The notes under the pieces: generated by a model
What the model saw: the letters and a program-made list of their open reading frames with translations, nothing else
What the model was told of the DNA's origin: nothing
Databases searched by the model: none
Position numbers and translations under genes: made by a program
Shown here: piece after piece, positions 9,024 to 18,516 of the stretch
How the letters are laid out: every line of letters begins with the position of its first letter
How positions within the stretch are numbered: position 1 is the stretch's first letter
Origin: a virus
Lineage: Duplodnaviria; Caudoviricetes
Virus record (IMG/VR): IMGVR_UViG_3300025782_000043
Location: 1-33,143 of that record
Direction: 5' to 3' (one strand)
Length of the DNA stretch: 33,143 nt

Positions 9024-9805
9024 GTGAAACAAATATCACAGTAATAATTCCCGTACACACAATTGAAGGGGATTATGAAACAATGTTAAAAAATGCAATT
9101 GCATCTATTGAAGATTTTCATAACGATGTAAATGTTATAATTGTGTGCCCGCCATCATTGGCAAAAAAATTCGGTAATTTATCTCAAAAATTAACAATAG
9201 ATGTTATTGTTAACAATTTAAAAACAGATTTTTGTTCACAAATTAATTTGGGGATCGATAGTTGTAAAACAGATTGGTTTACAATTTTGGAAATTGATGA
9301 CGAATTCAAACCGGTTTGGTTAAAAAGTATGCATCAATATATGGATACTTTTACTGATGTGGATGTATTTTTACCTATAGTAAAAGATGTAAAACCTGAT
9401 GGTAAATTTTTAACATTTATGAATGAATCTGCTTGGGCATATGGTTTTACTGATATGCAGGGATTCATCGACAATGAAGTATTGTTAGAGTTTCAAAATT
9501 ATCAAACAAGTGGAGGTTTATTTAAAACCAAAGTTATTATTGATAATGGTAAATTCAAAGAAAATATCAAATTAACATTCAATTATGAATTATTATTAAG
9601 ATTGACTCATAATGGTGTTAGAATTATGACCGTTCCCAAAGTTGGTTATCAACACGTTAATTTCAGAGAGGATTCTTTATTTTGGTTATACAAGAATGAT
9701 GATACCGTTAAATTAAGTGAGGACGAAGTTAAATTTTGGTTAGATACAGCAAAAAAAGAGTTTTTTTTCAAAAATAAACGAGATATAAATTATGTAGCGT
9801 CTTAA
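9020..9805 (+). CDS. Glycosyltransferase family 2 (GT-A)
   Basis: ITVIIPVH...AIASI, INLGI...TDWFTILEIDD, YELLLRL. Confidence 0.8.
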   Translation: MSETNITVIIPVHTIEGDYETMLKNAIASIEDFHNDVNVIIVCPPSLAKKFGNLSQKLTIDVIVNNLKTDFCSQINLGIDSCKTDWFTILEIDDEFKPVWLKSMHQYMDTFTDVDVFLPIVKDVKPDGKFLTFMNESAWAYGFTDMQGFIDNEVLLEFQNYQTSGGLFKTKVIIDNGKFKENIKLTFNYELLLRLTHNGVRIMTVPKVGYQHVNFREDSLFWLYKNDDTVKLSEDEVKFWLDTAKKEFFFKNKRDINYVAS

Positions 9806-10503
9806 TGCCAAGAAAAAGAACCCAAAAAATATATTTTGGGGAGGATCAAGAACAAGCGGTAGTAAGGTATTTAAAATCCGAATCCGAGGAAGAAAGAAAC
9901 AAGATATTCAACGAATATTTACGAGAACCCCTGATAATAATGGTCGAAAGTATTATCCGCCGTTATAAATTATATAGAAAAGATATGGAATTTGAAGAGA
10001 TTCATAACGACACTATGTCTTTTTTAATCACTAAAGTAGCTAAGTTTGACCCTGACAAAAACCACAAAGCATATTCTTATTTTGGTACAATCTGTAAGAA
10101 TTACCTTATGGGGGCAATTCAAAAAGACACCAAAGAACAAAATAGAAGTGTTTCGTATGATGACATTTCCTCTGATATTGAAGAAAGGCCTGAATTAACA
10201 TATACTATCGATGAACACATAATTGATTATAGAGATGTTATAATAAAATTAACCATTTCACTTGAAGAGTTTATTGAAAAAGAAAATTTAGATGAAAACG
10301 AGAAAAAGTTAGGTTACGCTTTACTTGAAATCTTTAGTAATTTTGAAAAAATATTTGAAATTGGTACAGGAAATAAATTCAACAAAAATCTCATTTTGCT
10401 CTCATTAAGAGAGATGACATCGCTGTCAACCAAAGAAATACGTATTTCTTTGAAGAAGTTCAAAAAAATATATAGCGGAATTTTAAATGGGTTTTTAGAA
10501 TAA
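9805..10503 (+). CDS. Phage sigma factor, T4 gp55-like (late transcription)
   Basis: YFGE...AV..Y and region-2-like KFDPDKNHKAYSYFGTICKNYL, cf. gp55 FD..K..NP.AYFT.I..NAF. Confidence 0.75.
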   Translation: MPRKRTQKIYFGEDQEQAVVRYLKSESEEERNKIFNEYLREPLIIMVESIIRRYKLYRKDMEFEEIHNDTMSFLITKVAKFDPDKNHKAYSYFGTICKNYLMGAIQKDTKEQNRSVSYDDISSDIEERPELTYTIDEHIIDYRDVIIKLTISLEEFIEKENLDENEKKLGYALLEIFSNFEKIFEIGTGNKFNKNLILLSLREMTSLSTKEIRISLKKFKKIYSGILNGFLE

Positions 10504-10505
10504 AG

Positions 10506-10513
10506 TATTTATA
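10506..10513 (+). promoter_or_regulatory. TATTTATA motif, 4 nt between TATTTAT and ATG 10517
   Basis: GTATTTATATATATG. Confidence 0.55.
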
Positions 10514-10516
10514 TAT

Positions 10517-10894
10517 ATGAGATCGACTAAAAACAACATAACATTAGATGTTGAATCTGCATTAGCATTAATGCAAGAAATCTATAATGACGTGGTTGAA
10601 AATAGAAATACAGCCTCAACTATCTTAAGAAAAATGATGAGTTTTATGAAAGATGCTGAGGATATGAGTACAATTGGACCAGTTATAAAAGAACAACAGA
10701 AAATACTGAACGATTGTACTGAAAAGAAAATTTCCCTTGTAAAATTACAGGGTGTACTATTGAAACAAACTCAAGGTTCGGGTTCAGGTGGAGGGCCTAT
10801 GGGTAAATTAACATTATCCGATGAAGATAGAGCTATCTTAGATAAATTGGTAAATGATGGTAGTAATAATAAAAGTGATAATTACGAATTATAA
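10517..10894 (+). CDS. Hypothetical helical protein
   Basis: 125-aa coiled-coil-like ORF heading a coupled structural-looking operon. Confidence 0.75.
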   Translation: MRSTKNNITLDVESALALMQEIYNDVVENRNTASTILRKMMSFMKDAEDMSTIGPVIKEQQKILNDCTEKKISLVKLQGVLLKQTQGSGSGGGPMGKLTLSDEDRAILDKLVNDGSNNKSDNYEL

Positions 10895-12927
10895 TGCCAA
10901 CTCAGAACGAACAACAAAATCAAATATTATCACAAATAGAAGTCGTTAAACAATTTAACGACTTTTCAACTATTTCTACTTCCTCTACTACAAATTCTTT
11001 ATTAAATGATTTAAAATCTAAAATCCCCTTTTCAGGTAAAAGATTGGGTGATTATGAAAAGGATATAAACAAAACAGTTAAAGATACCACAGACGATTTA
11101 TTCAAACAAATTATCACAATAGCGAATAGTTTTATTGCTACATCAAATTTTATTAATAACGATACTAATGTATCACCAGTAAAAGATTCTTCTTATAATA
11201 GTAAAACTATTTCAGGAACAACTAAAACAAAATTATTTTCAACTAATAAATTACAACAGTACGCTCATCAAGCATTAGATGCTACAATGATAGCAGCACC
11301 AAATATTGTAATGAACGATATCAAATCAGCCCTTTTTGCGGGTGATGGTATTTGTGGTACAAATTCATCAATAATGATAGATGAACTTACCATTGCTCCA
11401 TCTGAAATTGATTTTTTCAATATGTTGCAAATTGACCCGTCATCAGCGACAGGACAAATAATGTACGAACCACAAATTCCTGCAACAGGTAGAATAAAAT
11501 TTGATAGAAAATTATACTCTACATTCACAAACCCAACTTACGATTTTTATGGTTTAAGTAAAAAGAAATTGTTTACTTTGAATTGGAATTCTAATAATCA
11601 ATTATGGAACGTAACAGGGTTAACGCAAGGATTATCAGGATGGACATTCGATGGTTTTGTTACAGGACAAACGGTTTATTTTAGTGATTTATTCAATGAT
11701 TATTATTCAAGTATTGAATATCCTAAATTAGATGATGTGATGAAAAAGGCATTGCTATTAACATTACAATCAGATAGTTCAGCTACACCTATTTTTAATG
11801 GGGCATTAAATGATATGAATAGATTGTTGTCTAAATTATTTGCTGTTTGTGGTGCAGGTGATGGCTCAGGAGGGGATAGTTCAAATTTAGTGAATCAAAC
11901 CCCATCAAGATTATTTAATGAAAATGATCAAGATGTTGATTCGTATTTCGATTTTAACAATGTTGAAGGAATAGATTTAGACGAAGAGGATGCAAGAATA
12001 AGAAGAGTTTTGAGATTTACAGATTGTAACAATTTTGAAATTCCAGTTAACACTTCTATCAATCAAGATTTCTCTTATTTAGTAAATAGAAAAACAACGG
12101 TTGATGCTGTTAATCAAACAATAGAAAAAGCTGCAGCAACTTCAGCATCACAATCTAATAGCTCAATACCTAAAGAAAATTTCCAAATAAATTTATTGAA
12201 TAATTATATTTTGAATTTACCTAAAGCTATGATTGGTTCTATTTTAGGACCAAAAATGTTTTTTCCTTTAGTTGTAGTTTATAAAATTTATGTGGCCGGT
12301 GTTAATAGCTTTTTAACAACGAAAGATTTAATGAAAAAATTATCTAAATTATTCGCTAAAATTATTAACGATTTATTTTGGAGATTCTTGAATGAATTTT
12401 GGAGATTGATTAAAAGAGATTTGTTGAAATTACTTTCTCAAATTGTTGCTTCAATTATTACAAATAAAAATAAACGTTTTTTGTCAATAATAACAAGCTT
12501 ATTAGCTATATTGAGAAAGTTATTAACTGAAGGTATTAATTGTGAAGATTATTTTGGTATGATTATCACAACTATTAAATCTGCTTTGAATGGAACAGGA
12601 AAACCTGATGGTAATTTACCCTTTCCTGATGTACCGGGTTTTATTTTGAGTAATGCTTATTTATTACCTGGTTATAGTCAAGACAGAGCTTTAATGGGAA
12701 TTATTGGAAAAATGCAAAAAGCAGGAATTAACACTAATCCAATATTTGGTGTTCCAAATGATATTATTCCTTTTGTTAAATCAATAATTGATGGGCACAC
12801 AGAAGAACAAGATGAAAATGGTTTTGCTAAAGTAAGTAATAAATTGATAGTTATACCTCAAGCAGGTCCTGTACCTCCATTAGTGATTCCGCCTGGTGCG
12901 TTAATTCTATCGGGTAAAGTTTTTTAA
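10894..12927 (+). CDS. Large hypothetical protein, probably virion/baseplate-associated
   Basis: 677 aa, Asn/Ser/Thr-rich, amphipathic helical C-terminal third, two genes upstream of the spike gene; function inferred from context. Confidence 0.6.
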   Translation: MPTQNEQQNQILSQIEVVKQFNDFSTISTSSTTNSLLNDLKSKIPFSGKRLGDYEKDINKTVKDTTDDLFKQIITIANSFIATSNFINNDTNVSPVKDSSYNSKTISGTTKTKLFSTNKLQQYAHQALDATMIAAPNIVMNDIKSALFAGDGICGTNSSIMIDELTIAPSEIDFFNMLQIDPSSATGQIMYEPQIPATGRIKFDRKLYSTFTNPTYDFYGLSKKKLFTLNWNSNNQLWNVTGLTQGLSGWTFDGFVTGQTVYFSDLFNDYYSSIEYPKLDDVMKKALLLTLQSDSSATPIFNGALNDMNRLLSKLFAVCGAGDGSGGDSSNLVNQTPSRLFNENDQDVDSYFDFNNVEGIDLDEEDARIRRVLRFTDCNNFEIPVNTSINQDFSYLVNRKTTVDAVNQTIEKAAATSASQSNSSIPKENFQINLLNNYILNLPKAMIGSILGPKMFFPLVVVYKIYVAGVNSFLTTKDLMKKLSKLFAKIINDLFWRFLNEFWRLIKRDLLKLLSQIVASIITNKNKRFLSIITSLLAILRKLLTEGINCEDYFGMIITTIKSALNGTGKPDGNLPFPDVPGFILSNAYLLPGYSQDRALMGIIGKMQKAGINTNPIFGVPNDIIPFVKSIIDGHTEEQDENGFAKVSNKLIVIPQAGPVPPLVIPPGALILSGKVF

Positions 12928-12928
12928 A

Positions 12929-13129
12929 ATGGAAAAAGAAAAATTATTAAAAATAGTAAAAAATGTTAACGACACTCCTAATAAAGATTTATTAGAAGCA
13001 GCTAACGATTTATATACTGAATTTGAAAAAACAAAGCAGTTAATAATTGATTTGACAAGACATTTAGATAGTGTAGAGGTTTCATATAATAAAGTTAATA
13101 ATGAATTAAAAAATAGACAGAAAAAATAA
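12929..13129 (+). CDS. Small coiled-coil hypothetical protein
   Basis: 66-aa ORF tightly coupled on both sides. Confidence 0.75.
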   Translation: MEKEKLLKIVKNVNDTPNKDLLEAANDLYTEFEKTKQLIIDLTRHLDSVEVSYNKVNNELKNRQKK

Positions 13130-14703
13130 TGAAAATTATAGATATAGGTCAGGTTATTGATAATGTAGATCCAAAAGGAATTGGTAGAATTAGAGCAGCT
13201 CGTTATAATGATAAAATTGGCGTTTTAGAAAATTCTATTGATTACGTTAAATGGGATAAGAGAGACCCATTTGTTTGTATTCCATTTTTACCTACTAATA
13301 TAAATTTCATTCCTGAAATAGGTCAATCTGTAAAAATTATAAATTACGATACTGAGAAGGATACTGATAATAAAGAATACATAGCAGGTCCATTCACAAC
13401 ATCTCACGATTTTAATGACCAATCTTGGTCACAACAAGTTGAAAATACTACTTATGGTAATTCAACACAAAATAGTAAGGATATTTTTAACCAAACAGGT
13501 GAATATATAAATCCAAATGGTTATACCATTGAAAATTCTTTAGCACAAAAATCGGATTACGCTTTATACGGAAAATATGGATCTGACGTAATTTTTACTG
13601 AGAATGGATTAGTATTAAGAGGTGGTAAATTGTTATCTAAAGAATCCGCAAATTCGAGTGAAAAAACTTTGTTATTATCATTTCCATTGATGAGTAATAA
13701 AGTTTCTAAAATATCCTTGAAAAAATTCCCGTATACTGCTTCATTAACATCTGTCGATACTACAACTACTAAAACAGAATCTAAGTTAATGTCATATATT
13801 ATTGAATATCAGATAGATAATTTAGCTTCACCAACAAGAATCGATTGGTTTTTATATAAAATTGATAAAAATAAAGCAGGTAACGACTACAATACTAATA
13901 ATTTCATAGGTTATATCCCTTTGAATAATACCATAACTAAGTTATTGAATACAGACGGTACGACTACTACTCCTACTTTTTCAACAATTATAAATACTCC
14001 AAATGGTTATGACCCAATTGTACAAACTTATATTGATATTCGTGATACCCTCTATATGTTATCCACCGATGGACTTCAAGATACATTACAAGACACAAAA
14101 CAGTCGGGAGTGTTATTATCAAACAACCCATTATATTCAAAATATTCAACAGATAATTTACATCCGTTTTATTTTAGACCTTCAAATAGTTTCATAAATT
14201 TAAAACCTGTAAACGATCAAGAACAAAAGAATAAAACCACAATTTTACAAAATATCACAATTATTGGAGTGGGTCCTGAATCTGGTTTAATTTATGATAA
14301 GGTGAATCCGAATGCACCTGTAAGCACACAAACAACATCTACTGATTATTCCAAGATAGACCCAAGTTCAGATGAGCAAACATTTGCGGCCATTACATCT
14401 GATAAAATGTATTTTTTATCAACTAGCACAAATGAGACAAATTCACCTATCAATTTTGACGAATTGGATCCTTATGAATATACACAGGATGATTATATTC
14501 AGAGAATTGAACCAAATACATACTCTACAGTTAGAGGAGATGTTTTATTAAATTTCTGTAAAACAATATATAATTTGTTCCAAAGCCACGTTCATAATAT
14601 GGCTACACCACTTATTCAATCTGACCCAAATTTCATAGAATTACAAAAACAAATCAATACTTTAGAAAATGACATGTTAAATAAGTCAATTAGAATAAAC
14701 TAA
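13129..14703 (+). CDS. Baseplate hub/central spike protein (gp5/gpV-like)
   Basis: N-terminal OB-fold signature GQVIDNVDPKGIGRIRA...PFLP...IPEIGQSV; C-terminal VRGD.L...SHVH metal-binding tip motif. Confidence 0.75.
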   Translation: MKIIDIGQVIDNVDPKGIGRIRAARYNDKIGVLENSIDYVKWDKRDPFVCIPFLPTNINFIPEIGQSVKIINYDTEKDTDNKEYIAGPFTTSHDFNDQSWSQQVENTTYGNSTQNSKDIFNQTGEYINPNGYTIENSLAQKSDYALYGKYGSDVIFTENGLVLRGGKLLSKESANSSEKTLLLSFPLMSNKVSKISLKKFPYTASLTSVDTTTTKTESKLMSYIIEYQIDNLASPTRIDWFLYKIDKNKAGNDYNTNNFIGYIPLNNTITKLLNTDGTTTTPTFSTIINTPNGYDPIVQTYIDIRDTLYMLSTDGLQDTLQDTKQSGVLLSNNPLYSKYSTDNLHPFYFRPSNSFINLKPVNDQEQKNKTTILQNITIIGVGPESGLIYDKVNPNAPVSTQTTSTDYSKIDPSSDEQTFAAITSDKMYFLSTSTNETNSPINFDELDPYEYTQDDYIQRIEPNTYSTVRGDVLLNFCKTIYNLFQSHVHNMATPLIQSDPNFIELQKQINTLENDMLNKSIRIN

Positions 14704-14707
14704 TTGA

Positions 14708-14719
14708 TATTTATAAATA
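14708..14719 (+). promoter_or_regulatory. TATTTAT motif within perfect palindrome TATTTATAAATA
   Basis: 10 nt from TATTTAT to ATG 14725. Confidence 0.5.
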
Positions 14720-14724
14720 AAAAG

Positions 14725-16143
14725 ATGTCTTATTATCGTTCATATTTTCTTAAGAATAATACCATTATAAGTAATGCTCTAACAAATACAGCAAAAAATG
14801 CTGATACCAATATTTTTTATGGAGTTAATTACTCAAGATACTTATTCCAAGTAGATTTTGGCAGTTTACAATCTTTAATTTCAAGTGGATCTTATGTTAT
14901 CAACCAAAACACAAAACACACTTTAAGTCTAAAAAATACAATTTTTGGCGATAGTAATTTATTAAGTCAACCTACAGGAAGCGGTATGGATAGAGCAGTT
15001 TCGTTTGATTTAGTACTTTTTACTATTCCTGAATATTGGGATGAAGGTGTTGGTGTTGACTATGTCGTAAATCCAACCACATTAACTTCCTCAGCGTATG
15101 ATGCTGCTATGGGAACGGATGTTGTTACGAGTAAAGATTACACGTATAGTGTCTCACCTTCAAACTGGTATAACGCTACAACCTTAAGTGGATGGACAAC
15201 GCTTGGAGTTTATGTTAACCCAAATGTTATCCAAACAATACATTTTGATAATGGAAATGAAGATATTAATGTTGATATTACAGATTATGTAAATAGTGTT
15301 TTAACAGGTGGAACAACAGATTATGGTTTAGGGCTCGCATTTGCACCGTCGTATGAAGAATTATATTTATCCAACCCACAATCTGTCTCTTTTTTTGGTA
15401 AGTATACTCAAACTTTTTATGAACCATATGTTGAATCTTTTTTTGAAGATACAATCTTGGACGATAGATCGAATTTCATTTCAGGTATCGAACAAAATCT
15501 TTATTTATATGTGACCAAGGGTAGTAATTTCTATGATTTAGATACGGCACCATTGGTTGATGTTACAGATTCTAATGGTAATGTAATTGCGGGATTAGGT
15601 GATTTACAGTCAATCAAAGTAAAAAAAGGTGTTTATAAAATTACATTTGGAATGACAGGAATGATATGTGACGGAAGAAGATTTTATTTAGATGTGTGGA
15701 AAAACTTAACTATAGATGGAATGACAGTTCCAAATGTAACACAAAAATTTATACCCAATCAATATAGTTCTTTGTTTTCAATCGGAGGTAGTTCAACAGA
15801 TTATCAAAGATACGCAGTACAATTCTACGGTATTAAACAAAATGAAAAAATAGACCAATTAGAAAAAAGAAAAATTGTTGTTAGATTTAGATCGATTGAT
15901 GTATCTCAAACAGAATTATTTCAAAATGTTTTCTATAAAATTTATATACAAGAAGGAGCCAGTACAAGTGTCATAGTACACGATTGGACTCCATTAGATA
16001 GAACAAACAATGAAAATTGTTTCTTCTTAGATACAACTTATTTAATTCCAAGAATTTATTATTTGGAAATAAAAGCAGAAATAAACGGAGAAAGTATATT
16101 TTATAAAAATGTGATACAATTTGAGGTTGTATCGATAGATTAA
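14725..16143 (+). CDS. Putative virion structural protein (beta-rich)
   Basis: ATG 14725 preferred to TTG 14704 because the motif lies between them; Thr/Ser/Tyr-rich, WDEGVG.D motif, follows the spike gene. Confidence 0.65.
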   Translation: MSYYRSYFLKNNTIISNALTNTAKNADTNIFYGVNYSRYLFQVDFGSLQSLISSGSYVINQNTKHTLSLKNTIFGDSNLLSQPTGSGMDRAVSFDLVLFTIPEYWDEGVGVDYVVNPTTLTSSAYDAAMGTDVVTSKDYTYSVSPSNWYNATTLSGWTTLGVYVNPNVIQTIHFDNGNEDINVDITDYVNSVLTGGTTDYGLGLAFAPSYEELYLSNPQSVSFFGKYTQTFYEPYVESFFEDTILDDRSNFISGIEQNLYLYVTKGSNFYDLDTAPLVDVTDSNGNVIAGLGDLQSIKVKKGVYKITFGMTGMICDGRRFYLDVWKNLTIDGMTVPNVTQKFIPNQYSSLFSIGGSSTDYQRYAVQFYGIKQNEKIDQLEKRKIVVRFRSIDVSQTELFQNVFYKIYIQEGASTSVIVHDWTPLDRTNNENCFFLDTTYLIPRIYYLEIKAEINGESIFYKNVIQFEVVSID

Positions 16144-16146
16144 AAA

Positions 16147-16153
16147 TATTTAT
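16147..16153 (+). promoter_or_regulatory. TATTTAT motif, 4 nt before ATG 16158
   Basis: AATATTTATTATTATG. Confidence 0.55.
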
Positions 16154-16157
16154 TATT

Positions 16158-16577
16158 ATGGGACAATTAATTAAAATTACTGAAGGACAATTAAAAAATG
16201 TTGTGAAATCTCTAATTAGAGAAAATGATGAATTGAATGAATCTTGTTGGGAAGGTTATAAAAAAGTGGGCTACAAAATGAAAAATGGCAAAAAGGTACC
16301 TAATTGTATTAAAGAGGCCTCAAGTCCTGCACAACAAGCAGCCATAGCTATTCATATGAAAGAAAAGGGTATAAAACCCAAAAACGAATCCGAAAAAGAA
16401 ATGTATGAATCTATGGAAATAGACGAAAGTAAAAATTGCCCTACTGATCCAGCAAAGTGGGCTGCGTCTAAGGCTGCTGCAAAAGCGAAATTTGATGTTT
16501 ATCCTTCAGCATATGCCAACGGTTGGGCCGCAAAAAACTATAAATCAAAAGGTGGTGGTTGGAGAAAATGTAAATAA
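16158..16577 (+). CDS. Modular basic protein (CWxGY...VPNC; SPAQQAAIAI; KFDVYPSAYANGW modules)
   Basis: Short recognisable phage modules separated by Glu-ending linkers; N-terminal KITEGQL leader. Confidence 0.75.
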   Translation: MGQLIKITEGQLKNVVKSLIRENDELNESCWEGYKKVGYKMKNGKKVPNCIKEASSPAQQAAIAIHMKEKGIKPKNESEKEMYESMEIDESKNCPTDPAKWAASKAAAKAKFDVYPSAYANGWAAKNYKSKGGGWRKCK

Positions 16578-16578
16578 T

Positions 16579-17346
16579 ATGTCTGATATTATTCAAGAAG
16601 AAATAACAAAAATTAGAAAAATGATGCTTTTAGAAGAATTAGTACAAGATAAAGGTACTAAAAAACTAAAAGAGACCTTAGATATATTAAAAACTAAGAA
16701 AAAAATTCTATTATTAAGTTGTTCAAACAGATATAATTGGAATGAGAAGGATATTGATACACCAAAATCAAAAATTATTGCAATGTATCTGAAAGAAGAA
16801 CTTGGTGATAATTGTGTTTTTATGGATATTTCTGAATTAAAGATATTTCCTTGTGAAGGAAATGTTTCAAGGAAAGATGGTAATCAATGTGGATTAAAAA
16901 AAGCATTACTTGAAGATGATAAAAAAAATCCTTCAGGTTACCATAGATGTTGGGCGAGCGTCAACAATAAATCTGACGAATTATGGAAAGTTTCAAAAGA
17001 AATTTTTGAAAGTGACGTGGTTTTATTTTTTAGTTCTATAAGATGGGGACAAACAAATATGTACTATCAAAATTTGATAGAACGTTTAACTTGGATTGAA
17101 AATAGACATACGACATTAGGTGAAAATAACATTGTAAAAGATATTGAAACGGGTTTTATATGTATTGGGCAAAATTGGAATGGAGAAGAGGTTACTAAAA
17201 CTCAAATGAAAGTGCACGAATTTTATGGTTTCAAACCAAATAAAAATTTGTATTGGAATTGGCAATATACTAAAGATGTTTATGATGAATCTGAATCATC
17301 GTATAAAAAAACATATGAGAAGTTCATAAATAATATGGATTTATAG
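16579..17346 (+). CDS. Flavodoxin-like / NAD(P)H-dependent FMN reductase family protein
   Basis: ILLLSCSNR, IFPCEGNVS...C...HRCW, ESDVVLFFSSIRWG...QNLIERL; ATG 16579 follows the upstream stop (TTG 16492 would overlap). Confidence 0.75.
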   Translation: MSDIIQEEITKIRKMMLLEELVQDKGTKKLKETLDILKTKKKILLLSCSNRYNWNEKDIDTPKSKIIAMYLKEELGDNCVFMDISELKIFPCEGNVSRKDGNQCGLKKALLEDDKKNPSGYHRCWASVNNKSDELWKVSKEIFESDVVLFFSSIRWGQTNMYYQNLIERLTWIENRHTTLGENNIVKDIETGFICIGQNWNGEEVTKTQMKVHEFYGFKPNKNLYWNWQYTKDVYDESESSYKKTYEKFINNMDL

Positions 17347-17348
17347 AA

Positions 17349-17355
17349 TATTTAT
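17349..17355 (+). promoter_or_regulatory. TATTTAT motif, 4 nt before ATG 17360
   Basis: AATATTTATTAAAATG. Confidence 0.55.
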
Positions 17356-17359
17356 TAAA

Positions 17360-18133
17360 ATGAAAATCATCGTATCAAAAGAAGATAAAGAATATATCGA
17401 AGAGTCAATTAAATCAGGCGAAGTCCTTAAAGAAGACCTTAGAAGATGGTTCAAAGAAAAATGGGTAGATGTTAGTAAAAAAGTTAACGGTAAACACCCA
17501 CCTTGCGGTAGAAAAGATGCAAATGGTAAATCATATCCAAAATGTAGACCGTCGAAAAAAGTATCAAAAGAAACCCCCAAAGTGGCTTCCTCATATGATA
17601 AAAAAGAGAAACAAGCTATGACAGCTCAAAAAAGAAGAGCCGAAAAAAAACACCCGAAAGTAGGAAAGGGTAATAAACCAACAATGACACATTATAACGA
17701 AAATGACAATATTATGGAACAAACTATCAAATTAACTAAAGCTCAAATTTTGGAAGCTATTAATTCAGTAAATGAAGTTGAAATAACACAAATACCAAAA
17801 AATATCGTTTATGAAGATGAGATAGGATCAGTACAATCCACTTATTTCATTGCCGAAGATGATTTACTTAATGAAGCTGAATATCACGGAAAAAAAGTTC
17901 AATTAGGTAAAATTATGCAAGGTGATATTAAAAAATTTAAAGTATATGTGAAAAACGACAAAGGTAAAGTTGTTAAAGTAAACTTTGGTTTTGGTGGTAA
18001 ATCTGCTCACGGTAAAAGAATGGTTATTAAGAAAAATAATCCTGAGAGAAGAAAATCATTCAGAGCACGTATGAAGTGTGACAATCCAGGCCCACGTTGG
18101 AAACCTCGTTATTGGGCTTGTAGAACTTGGTAA
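17360..18133 (+). CDS. Two-module basic protein (DUF5872-like LRRWFKEKW..PCGR..YPKCRP and RKSFRAR..C..RYWAC modules)
   Basis: Two Lys/Arg-rich Cys-containing modules joined by an acidic linker. Confidence 0.7.
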   Translation: MKIIVSKEDKEYIEESIKSGEVLKEDLRRWFKEKWVDVSKKVNGKHPPCGRKDANGKSYPKCRPSKKVSKETPKVASSYDKKEKQAMTAQKRRAEKKHPKVGKGNKPTMTHYNENDNIMEQTIKLTKAQILEAINSVNEVEITQIPKNIVYEDEIGSVQSTYFIAEDDLLNEAEYHGKKVQLGKIMQGDIKKFKVYVKNDKGKVVKVNFGFGGKSAHGKRMVIKKNNPERRKSFRARMKCDNPGPRWKPRYWACRTW

Positions 18134-18439
18134 TCAAATTAATTTTTGGCTCGCAATATAATATACTCTATCTGACGCATATAAGCCTTTAGGGTGAGCT
18201 TCTTTCTTTTCCACTAACTTACCCATCTGTATCAAATGTACGTGATTTTTGAGGTCTATACCCACTAAATAACGTCCTTCCCACTTTTCATAGGTGGTCT
18301 CTCTAACATATTTACCATCGTCGTCCAATTTAAGATATTTTATTATCTCATCTTTTTTTGTTTTACAAGTAATGCCCCTTTCATCAATTAATTTGATAAG
18401 AACATCTAATCTTAACTTACTGTAATCTATTTCACCCAT
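18134..18439 (-). CDS. Small protein with N-terminal SAP/Rho-N-like helix-extension-helix
   Basis: DYSKLRLDVLIKLIDERGI...KKDEIIKYL pattern. Confidence 0.6.
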   Translation of the reverse strand: MGEIDYSKLRLDVLIKLIDERGITCKTKKDEIIKYLKLDDDGKYVRETTYEKWEGRYLVGIDLKNHVHLIQMGKLVEKKEAHPKGLYASDRVYYIASQKLI

Positions 18440-18443
18440 AAAA

Positions 18444-18451
18444 CAAATATA
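18444..18451 (-). promoter_or_regulatory. Bacteroidota-type -7 promoter element (TATATTTG)
   Basis: Matches TAnnTTTG, 4 nt before ATG 18439; nearest TTTG is only 12 nt upstream (non-canonical spacing). Confidence 0.45.
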
Positions 18452-18516
18452 TGAAATTTATTTCAAAATATTTTTTATTCAGGAAAAAATATATTATATT
18501 TAAAAAAAATTAATTT

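Noticed and set aside
10517-10894. Small terminase subunit call
   Set aside because: Size and helical character fit, but no diagnostic motif was recognised and it is far from terL; left as hypothetical.
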